DNA from: an uncultured Methanobacteriaceae archaeon
GTDB lineage: Archaea > Methanobacteriota > Methanobacteria > Methanobacteriales > Methanobacteriaceae
Assembly: GCA_964444115.1 (NCBI GenBank)
Contig: CAYUFT010000002.1
Location: 1-52,827 of the forward strand
Direction of reading: 5' to 3'
Length of the DNA stretch: 52,827 bases
The position numbers and the translations under genes were made by a program. Below the pieces are notes generated by a model. The model searched no databases. It had not been told where the DNA came from and saw only the letters and a program-made list of their open reading frames with translations. Of this stretch, positions 18,391 to 25,745 are shown in pieces (position 1 is the stretch's first letter; every line of letters starts with the position of its first letter).

Positions 18391-18607
18391 AAGAAACTCT
18401 CAAAGGCCTAGGCCTTAATGAAAATCAGATACTGGCCCTGAATTATGTTATGGAACATGACTCTATTACCATGTCTGAATTTAGGAGCGTTTCCCCCTAT
18501 ACTAATGAGTGGACTTACGGCGTTATTTATCAGATTTAGTGGATAAAGATCTTATAAGGCCCCTTGGGGATAAAAAAGGAAGGAAATATGTTATATTTAA
18601 TGATTGA
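18391..18607 (+). pseudogene. Frameshifted duplicate of the 3' end (wHTH module) of an AlbA_2-like gene
   Basis: Aligns with 15948-16165. About 100 bp (18515-18613 vs 16073-16171) is identical. A 1-bp deletion (GAGCGGACCTTACGG vs GAGTGGACTTACGG) breaks the frame. No N-terminal domains are present. Confidence 0.85.
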
Positions 18608-18691
18608 TATATCTGACATTTCGTACAGGTAACGGACACTTATCGGACAATTTAATTTTAAAGTTTAGAATAATAAAATTAAATAGAAAAA

Positions 18692-19015
18692 TTATAAATT
18701 TATGGTTTTTGAAAATTTAAGTTCCCCACCACATTCACATTCATTAAATTCATCAGGAGATTCATCTTTTTGAAGTTTATAATATCCATGACAATTTTCA
18801 CAAATTAAAAATCCTTTATTTTCAGATTTTTTTAATTTAAAATCTTTAAACTTATTATAAAAATCATCAACCAGATCATTAGCTTCATTTTTGAATTTAC
18901 CAAGCTCTTCATCAATTTTATTTTCTTTTATAAAGTTATTTACTTTTTCTTGAGCTTTAGAAAATTCAGTTTCTACATCAGAAATTAAATCGTTAGGAGT
19001 ATTTTGAGTTTCCAT
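18692..19015 (-). CDS. Zinc-ribbon protein; the frame stays open for 45 more codons (to 19150) encoding a B-box-like Cys/His cluster
   Basis: The 107-aa ORF ends with CENCHGYY...CECGG. The upstream in-frame extension IQCDQHPDKEAVAICLGCYKGLCEECRHYYLEKSVCEDCL has no ATG/GTG/TTG. It opens at ATT 19150-19148, immediately after a TAA and 8 nt after GGAGA. Confidence 0.55.
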   Translation of the reverse strand: METQNTPNDLISDVETEFSKAQEKVNNFIKENKIDEELGKFKNEANDLVDDFYNKFKDFKLKKSENKGFLICENCHGYYKLQKDESPDEFNECECGGELKFSKTINL

Positions 19016-19188
19016 TTCGTTTATAGTAGCTAAACAATCTTCACAAACGCTTTTTTCAAGATAATAATGGCGGCATTCTTCACATAGGCCTTTATAACAT
19101 CCTAAACAAATCGCAACAGCTTCTTTATCTGGATGTTGATCACATTGAATTTAAATCATCTCCAAAAATAATAAAATAAAAAAAGTAT

Positions 19189-19905
19189 TTAAAGTTTTAG
19201 TTTATGTCCTTGATCTATATCTGCTTTAGGAAGCTTAATAATTAAAAGATCGTTATCAAATTCAGCTTCAGCTTTCTCCGGAACTATTTCTTTTCTCAAA
19301 AGAATATCTTTGTTTAAACTGCCTCTTTCAATCTCTTTACGAACTATTTGAGTGCCCTGTTCAATTTCTACTTCATGATCAAATTCAGCTTTGAGATTTA
19401 TCCTGCGAGGAGTAATATCAATATCCAGATCTTCTTTTTTTATTTGGGGTAGGTCAACCGTGACAATGTAACTGTCGTGAGTTTCATTGATTTCAGCCTC
19501 AATAGCTAGAGTATAATCCTGAATAGATTTTTTAATATCTGTTTTGGCCTTATAGGCAGCTTTACCAGCATCAGAAACTAATTTACTAGTTAATCCTTTT
19601 CGCTTGGTTATGGGCTTTTTTTTATTAATTAAATTACTTAGATTACCGGAAGAAGAACTGCTACTTGTGTTAGTTGGAGTAGTTTGTTCAAGAAGATTTT
19701 GGCCACATTCTGGACAAAATTTTACGCCGGCGGGACTAATAGCTCCACATCCATAACAAACACTTTCAGTTTCCTGATTAATTTGTATATTTTGGCCACA
19801 TTCTATACAAAACTTTGCAGTTTCTGTATTTTCACTCCCACAATCTGAACAGATGTTTGGTTGTTCTGAAACATTGTCTATATTACTCATTTTCATATCT
19901 CCCAT
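19189..19905 (-). CDS. Double zinc-ribbon / Hsp20 (alpha-crystallin domain) fusion protein
   Basis: CSDCGSENTETAKFCIECG and CYGCGAISPAGVKFCPECG, a Ser-rich linker, then ...SYIVTVDLPQIKKEDLDIDITPRRINLKAEF...EAEFDNDLLIIKLPK. The third ATG (19890) has the best RBS (GGGAGA). Confidence 0.8.
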   Translation of the reverse strand: MGDMKMSNIDNVSEQPNICSDCGSENTETAKFCIECGQNIQINQETESVCYGCGAISPAGVKFCPECGQNLLEQTTPTNTSSSSSSGNLSNLINKKKPITKRKGLTSKLVSDAGKAAYKAKTDIKKSIQDYTLAIEAEINETHDSYIVTVDLPQIKKEDLDIDITPRRINLKAEFDHEVEIEQGTQIVRKEIERGSLNKDILLRKEIVPEKAEAEFDNDLLIIKLPKADIDQGHKLKL

Positions 19906-20188
19906 TTTAAATTATTAAAATATTCTACAAAATAATATTCCATTTTTTATATATAATTTTATGGATAACATTGAAAATTAATAAAATACATGAAATTAGT
20001 TGATTTTCCAGTTTATTTGTAGATGAAAGTTTAGAATTTAATTTACAAAATTCATTTTTTCTATTTCTAAAATTACATTATAATAGTTACTATTGAATAT
20101 AATAGCAAATATTATAATATACTAAATCATATCTTAACTAAGGTCATTGAGGATTGTAAAGTATGTATAAAGTATACAATTACAACTA

Positions 20189-20890
20189 TTGGCTATTTTT
20201 TTAAAATATTGTAAAGGGGGACTTTTAATATACAGTGAATCAACATCAGAAATGATAAAAGCAGATGAGAAGAATTTCTGCCCAAAGTGTGGAAGTACAG
20301 TGAGGCCAGATGCCGTTTTCTGTAAAAAGTGCGGTTATTCCATGGTAGGCGAAGATAAAAGTCGAATTGATAAATGGAATGATAAAATAAACATATTATC
20401 CATATTCATTGGATTGGGTGTTTCTGTAGTATTTTTATTTTTAGGATCAATAGTATACAGCTTTTTACTATCACAAGGGATTCTGGACCTAGTGTCTTAT
20501 TTTGGACTAGTAATTATAACTATGATATTCTTTGGCGGATTAACTGTAGGAATTCTGAGTTGTAATGATTATTCTGATGCTCCGATAAATGGAGGTTTTT
20601 TAACACTGATTTTATTTATATTAGGGGGTTTAGTAACAGGAACTGGATTTGCCACTACTTTAGGATTCGCTGGAGCAATCGCTAGTGCCTATAGTTCCAT
20701 ATTACCATCTACCAATAGTTATTCCAGTGATATCGTGAATAGTACGGACAGTGGCTCTTCTCAAGCAATGTATTCGGATAGTATCTTTTTTGTTATCAAA
20801 ATTATTGTTATCGGGATAATAGTATTATTAAGTGGAATAGCTGGAAGTTATGTGGGAGTATTCATAAAAAAATCCCTGAAAAATCGTTAA
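20189..20890 (+). CDS. Zinc-ribbon protein with about 5 TM helices
   Basis: CPKCGSTVRPDAVFCKKCG followed by hydrophobic helices. The ORF-track start is TTG 20189, and the ATG at 20252 (MIKADEK...) is an alternative. Confidence 0.7.
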   Translation: MAIFLKYCKGGLLIYSESTSEMIKADEKNFCPKCGSTVRPDAVFCKKCGYSMVGEDKSRIDKWNDKINILSIFIGLGVSVVFLFLGSIVYSFLLSQGILDLVSYFGLVIITMIFFGGLTVGILSCNDYSDAPINGGFLTLILFILGGLVTGTGFATTLGFAGAIASAYSSILPSTNSYSSDIVNSTDSGSSQAMYSDSIFFVIKIIVIGIIVLLSGIAGSYVGVFIKKSLKNR

Positions 20891-20902
20891 TGGGGTAAAA
20901 TC

Positions 20903-21670
20903 ATGATATGTCCAAAATGTGGTACTCCTAATAAGGAAAATGCCAAGTTCTGTGTAAAATGTGGACAAGAATTAGAATATAATTCAAAAAATAATGATAA
21001 AAAAAAGATAATCTTATTAGTGTCTGCATTATTGATACTGGGCCTTATTAGTTCGGTAGTAGGGTATGCTTTTTTAGGAGATAAGTCAAATCCCAGTCAG
21101 AAAGTTAATGAAACTTTAAGTCAGGGAACTCCCCTAGAATACAGTTCTGAATATATTAGCTTTGATAAAGCAAAATCGATAGCTGTTTCCAATAGTGCTA
21201 ATGGAGTTTCCACTTCAGAACCTATTTTAATCCAGGATAAACAGGGCAGAGCGGTTTATATTTGTACTTATAGTTATAATGGCGATGTAATTGGAGGTAT
21301 TATAATAAATGCAAAAAATGGAGCAGTTATCTACCATGAATTAAATCTGCCTTTTTATTATAATGTAGTTCCATCTACAGAATATACAGAATCGAATTAC
21401 GATGAAACTCCCTCCGAAGACCTTTCTAACAGCAATCCGTCCTATGATAGTGATGAAAATAGTTATGATAACTCTGAAAACTATTACACTAGGAGTGAAG
21501 AGAGCCAACCCGAAAAATGCAGTGTTTGTAAAGGAATTGCTTGGTTGGCAGCTTCTTGTAATCAAAAGGATCATGATATAAATCATGAACGAGATTCTTG
21601 TCCAGATTGTGACTATAATGGATGGAATTTTTGTTCAAATTGTGATGGGGACGGATATATAAACGATTAA
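20903..21670 (+). CDS. Zinc-ribbon / TM / PepSY-like / C-terminal Cys-rich (DnaJ-type CxxCxGxG-like) protein
   Basis: MICPKCGTPNKENAKFCVKCG; TM ILLVSALLILGLISSVVGYAFL; ISFDKAKSIAVSN...QDKQGRAVYICTYSYNGDVIGGIIINAKNGAVI; CSVCKG...CPDCDYNG...CSNCDGDG. Confidence 0.75.
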   Translation: MICPKCGTPNKENAKFCVKCGQELEYNSKNNDKKKIILLVSALLILGLISSVVGYAFLGDKSNPSQKVNETLSQGTPLEYSSEYISFDKAKSIAVSNSANGVSTSEPILIQDKQGRAVYICTYSYNGDVIGGIIINAKNGAVIYHELNLPFYYNVVPSTEYTESNYDETPSEDLSNSNPSYDSDENSYDNSENYYTRSEESQPEKCSVCKGIAWLAASCNQKDHDINHERDSCPDCDYNGWNFCSNCDGDGYIND

Positions 21671-21689
21671 AATGAAAAGAGGGTAAAAT

Positions 21690-22253
21690 ATGATATGTCC
21701 AAAATGTGGAACGAAAAATGATGAAGACGCTGCATATTGTGTGAAATGCGGGCGTCAATTAAAGGATTATCAAAGCCAAAAGGGTTCTGGTCGGAACATT
21801 AAAATTTTAATAGCTATCTGTGCCGTGTTGATTATTGGTTTGGGTTTAGTTTCAGGCATGCTTATGCAAAAGAACAGTGCATCACCGCCCACAGATGCCG
21901 TGGTGGTTAATCAGACCTCATCTGAAGTAGTTAATAGTGATAAATGGCATGAAATTGATAGTTTTTCAGGTGTTAGTGATGATTCAACTTCATTTACAAC
22001 TAGAGGCAATCAATTCAAGATTGTGGCCTCGGCAACGCCTCTGAAAAACTACGACACCAACATGCTGAGTCTAGATGTCTCAGATAATAACAACAATCAA
22101 ATAACCAGTGCAGAAATTGACTGGACATCTACCGAAGCGGTGACTGAAAAGCAAAAAACTACAATCATTAAAGCAAGTCCTGGAACCTACGGGATTAATA
22201 TTTACGCCAAGGAACTTAGTTCTTGGAATATTAAAGTCTATGATTACTACTAG
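21690..22253 (+). CDS. Zinc-ribbon / TM / extracellular beta-rich protein (paralogue of 8267..8941)
   Basis: MICPKCGTKNDEDAAYCVKCG, one TM helix, and the C-terminus ...WNIKVYDYY. The 5' end and RBS are near-identical to the 20903 gene. Confidence 0.75.
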   Translation: MICPKCGTKNDEDAAYCVKCGRQLKDYQSQKGSGRNIKILIAICAVLIIGLGLVSGMLMQKNSASPPTDAVVVNQTSSEVVNSDKWHEIDSFSGVSDDSTSFTTRGNQFKIVASATPLKNYDTNMLSLDVSDNNNNQITSAEIDWTSTEAVTEKQKTTIIKASPGTYGINIYAKELSSWNIKVYDYY

Positions 22254-22263
22254 GAGAAACAAT

Positions 22264-22938
22264 ATGCCCATAAACAAAGCCAATTGCCCACATTGCGGTG
22301 CAAAAAACGATGGTGATGCACGTTTCTGTGAACAATGTGGTAAACCAATTTATAAGAAGGAAGCTAAAACTGGTGGAATTGATAATAAGATACTGATTGC
22401 GTTATGCATCATTCTGGTAGTGGGTTTTGGAATTACTGCTGGAATATTACTTAAAAATAACCAGTCAAACTCAGCACAGGCAGCCACTAATAATGCCTCA
22501 CAGGTTTCAGAGAGTACTGGATTTCCAGTCTCCCAAGCCCCAGATTTAGCAAGTAAAATCTATGCCAGTAGCAATTACGGTAGTATAACTTATGGTTCAG
22601 TGACCCTGGACAAATATCAGAGCATGTACATTCTATCCAAGGCCATAGTCCTGATAGATGAGGGAAAAGGTGGAAGCATTCCTATAAATAATTTTAATTC
22701 TCCTGATGAACCTTACGGATATATAACCAGCACCACACTTTCAAAAAGTGAATATGTGGATATTGCAACTAGGACCTATGAATGGATGGATAAAAATGGA
22801 GTCGCACCAAATTATGTGGGTATAAGCTCCCCTGGCCAGCCTGATCTTGCACCAGATACCATGTTAAACCTGTTTTCTAAGGTTTTAGATCAATACAAAA
22901 CCAATAATCAGTTACCCGACACTATAAGCATCCCTTAA
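22264..22938 (+). CDS. Zinc-ribbon / TM / pseudomurein-binding-repeat-like protein
   Basis: CPHCGAKNDGDARFCEQCG and one TM helix. Two repeats of the type ...LDKYQSMYILSKAIVLIDEGKGGSIPINNF and ...SKSEYVDIATRTYEWMDKNGVAPNYVGIS. ATG 22264 follows AGGAG; the ORF track opens at 22240. Confidence 0.6.
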   Translation: MPINKANCPHCGAKNDGDARFCEQCGKPIYKKEAKTGGIDNKILIALCIILVVGFGITAGILLKNNQSNSAQAATNNASQVSESTGFPVSQAPDLASKIYASSNYGSITYGSVTLDKYQSMYILSKAIVLIDEGKGGSIPINNFNSPDEPYGYITSTTLSKSEYVDIATRTYEWMDKNGVAPNYVGISSPGQPDLAPDTMLNLFSKVLDQYKTNNQLPDTISIP

Positions 22939-22953
22939 AATGGTGGATAATAT

Positions 22954-23670
22954 ATGAAAAGAAATAAAACTATCATGATAATAGCCGTATTATCCATGAT
23001 CTTCATCATAACCACCATTTCTTCTTTTTTACTATACTCTAATGAAGAAATAATTGCTTCATCTTCTTCAGATACAGATAATAATGTATCTTTAGGTGCC
23101 ACAGATTATGGTAGTGTTGAGAAGCTGGGGCCCTATGGAAATACCAGTTCCCAGGTGAAGATTGCCTATATCACAGGGGTGCACCCTCTAGAATATAAAT
23201 CACACCAGGCCCTGATGGAATCATTGATAAACAGTTCATCATCCCTCAAATACTGTTACTACATTTACAAGATTAATGTGACACAAGACAAGGACGATTA
23301 CAATAAGGGAAGGATGAATGGCCAATTACTAGCCAATAAATATGTGGTAAGTGATATTGAGAAAAATAATTTTAATATGGCCATTGATGTGCATTCCAAT
23401 AGTGGAAACTGGAAAGAAAATCGTTTTATTTTCGCTCCAGTAAGTGGAAGTGAATCAGAAGCATATGCTAAACAGATAAAAAATAAGTTAAGTTGGTTAA
23501 CCTATTATGTTCCACCAAATCCAACCAGCACGGATTATATTACTGGGCCCTTGATAAAGGCCGGAGTCCCAGCCGTGATTTATGAGACATATAATAAGGA
23601 GTCTTATGATGTCACTCTGGAGCAGGCCCGGGAGTTTATAGGGGTTGTGGATGGGATTGTTTTTGTTTAA
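22954..23670 (+). CDS. Membrane-anchored putative zinc hydrolase (cell-wall amidase/carboxypeptidase-like)
   Basis: N-terminal anchor IMIIAVLSMIFIITTISSFLL. GVHPLEYKSH (HxxE) and AIDVHSNSG (H) resemble zinc-ligand motifs of Amidase_3/M14-type enzymes. The assignment is weak. Confidence 0.35.
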   Translation: MKRNKTIMIIAVLSMIFIITTISSFLLYSNEEIIASSSSDTDNNVSLGATDYGSVEKLGPYGNTSSQVKIAYITGVHPLEYKSHQALMESLINSSSSLKYCYYIYKINVTQDKDDYNKGRMNGQLLANKYVVSDIEKNNFNMAIDVHSNSGNWKENRFIFAPVSGSESEAYAKQIKNKLSWLTYYVPPNPTSTDYITGPLIKAGVPAVIYETYNKESYDVTLEQAREFIGVVDGIVFV

Positions 23671-23700
23671 TAAATTTAATATAGTTAATGAGGGTCTTCA

Positions 23701-24540
23701 ATGGGATATCTAATATGTATTGTTTGCAACCATTACTATGAAATTTCTAGTACAGATGAAATTTTCGAATTCTGCTCTTGTGGCCGGAAACTGGAATATT
23801 ATGAGTACTTAGAAGATTACCATCAATCGGTTTATCCAAAAAATCGGTTCAATTTAAGTTATTTAAAGAAAATGGAATATAAACATGACACCATAATGAT
23901 GTCTGGTGTTTTTTTATCTTTTTTTGGAATTCTAGGAATTATATATGGTAATCTTTTAGGAATATTACTTTTTTTAGGTGGAATTTATCCCATTTTTTAT
24001 GGTTATGCCAATGGAAAAAGCTGGTACAAAGGCTATGAAGGAGAAAAAACCGTTAAAAAATCTTTAAAAAAATTAAATGGCGGTTATCATATTTTTAATG
24101 ATGTTAAACTTCCGGGATCCTGGGGAAACATAGATCACATTGTAGTAGGCCCCACTGGAATTTTTGTTATTGAATCCAAAAATCTTGGTGGGCTGCATAT
24201 AGTGGATGGAGATAATTGGTCTGCTAAATATAAAGAATATGGTGGATTTAAAAAAAGCTATAAAAGTCCAGGAAAACAGACAAAAGCGAATGCAGCTCAG
24301 CTTCGAAAGTATTTAATAAAAAATGATGTGAATATGAAAGATTTATGGGTTAAATCTATGGTGGCTCTCAATAGTATGCACGTTATTAGAAAATATGATC
24401 CTAAAGATTATGAATTGATTCATCCGGACTATTTAGTGGAATTTATTCATCAAAGGAAGTCTAATATTAAAGAAAGAACTATTAATGAGAGTTTTTATGT
24501 TTTAAGAGGATTTTGTGATAATTATTTTTACAAAGAATAG
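23701..24540 (+). CDS. NERD-domain protein with an N-terminal Cys cluster and TM helices (paralogue of 17161..17990)
   Basis: CIVCNHYY...CSCG, TM IMMSGVFLSFFGILGIIYGNLLGILLFLGGIYPIF, NERD core GEKTVKKSLKKLNGGYHIFNDVKLPGSWGNIDHIVVGPTGIFVIESKN. Confidence 0.8.
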   Translation: MGYLICIVCNHYYEISSTDEIFEFCSCGRKLEYYEYLEDYHQSVYPKNRFNLSYLKKMEYKHDTIMMSGVFLSFFGILGIIYGNLLGILLFLGGIYPIFYGYANGKSWYKGYEGEKTVKKSLKKLNGGYHIFNDVKLPGSWGNIDHIVVGPTGIFVIESKNLGGLHIVDGDNWSAKYKEYGGFKKSYKSPGKQTKANAAQLRKYLIKNDVNMKDLWVKSMVALNSMHVIRKYDPKDYELIHPDYLVEFIHQRKSNIKERTINESFYVLRGFCDNYFYKE

Positions 24541-24555
24541 AAATGATAATATTAT

Positions 24556-25695
24556 CTAAGGCTCATAATCTGGAAAACTATAAACACTAGTAATATAAAG
24601 CCAGTGAATGTCCTCAGCAATTTGCTGGAGGCCAATCCTCAAATATAAATCCCTATTTTCAAATTTTGATTTAATCAAATCATTAATCTGGTCAGAAGAA
24701 TTTCCCTGTTCACTTAAATTATTTAAATAATTTTTAAATGTATAATCCTTTACTGATAAATTATACTCTTCATTTTTTTCATCAATAAAAGACAAAATAC
24801 ATTCTTTTTGATCATTAGTCTCGTATTCTAAATGGTTTATTTTAGAAATCTTAATAGTTCCCATGGACTTTTCAATAACCTTAGATTTTACGAAATTTCC
24901 TTGATGAATTTCATCATGGAAGATATCACTAACTGCTTGGTGACAATCATAATCCAATAATTCTTTTATTTCTTCTTCTGAAAGATTTCTTATAAAAATA
25001 GGGGAAATATCATTATCCCATAGCTTATCTTCTAAATAAGAGCTTTCAATATTTTCAGATAACAATTTTAGTTTTACCACAGAAAATGGCCTAATATTCT
25101 TATTTTCAAGTGAATCTATATTTTCATTAATAGCATCGGTATTGGGAATCAATCTTATTGAATTACCATCATTATCAATCGCATGTACTGTTATTTTATC
25201 ATTAACATTATAAAAGAGATCGGTGATGATTACTGTTTTCAATTCTTCCGTAGGCAAGGTAACTGAACTATCAAATTCGTTTAATATAGAATTAATATTA
25301 GAATCCTTTTCATTATTTTGAACTTGGGCTTCAACTTTTATTTTTTTAGCATAAGTATACCAGCTTCCTTTTGCTATTTTAGCATTATTTAGATCTTCTT
25401 CAGAAATAATTCCAGACGCAATTATCTCTTTTATTTTTTTATTATCTGGTGATAAAACCTGCTCCCAGAGGCCTTTTTGTAAGAGAATAGGTTTTAGTTT
25501 ATCTTCATCCCAACTAACTCGAGTAATATAGTTACGGTAGACCTTTATATCATCACTGATGATTTCATTAACTCTTTTTTGGTCAAATATTTCAAAAAGA
25601 GAATTTCGCATCTTTTTTCGGCGAGATTCCAATTTGTTTATTTGGGATTTTAATTCATAGTATTCTCTGGCCATTTGTTCAGGATCTAATTGCAA
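24556..25695 (-). CDS. Hypothetical protein (N-terminal coiled coil) downstream of the DUF1998 helicase
   Basis: 379-aa ORF, 50 nt downstream of and co-oriented with the helicase gene. The track start is TTG 25695 and the first ATG is at 25674. No catalytic motif recognised. Confidence 0.6.
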   Translation of the reverse strand: MQLDPEQMAREYYELKSQINKLESRRKKMRNSLFEIFDQKRVNEIISDDIKVYRNYITRVSWDEDKLKPILLQKGLWEQVLSPDNKKIKEIIASGIISEEDLNNAKIAKGSWYTYAKKIKVEAQVQNNEKDSNINSILNEFDSSVTLPTEELKTVIITDLFYNVNDKITVHAIDNDGNSIRLIPNTDAINENIDSLENKNIRPFSVVKLKLLSENIESSYLEDKLWDNDISPIFIRNLSEEEIKELLDYDCHQAVSDIFHDEIHQGNFVKSKVIEKSMGTIKISKINHLEYETNDQKECILSFIDEKNEEYNLSVKDYTFKNYLNNLSEQGNSSDQINDLIKSKFENRDLYLRIGLQQIAEDIHWLYITSVYSFPDYEP

Positions 25696-25745
25696 AAAAT
25701 CACCTAGTAATTAAATTAAATAATAAATTGAACGATTAATAATAA

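Noticed and set aside
21341-21758. Minus-strand ORFs 21341..21586 and 21489..21758
   Set aside because: They are antisense to the 20903 and 21690 zinc-ribbon genes. They have no RBS and an implausible hydrophobic/His-rich composition.
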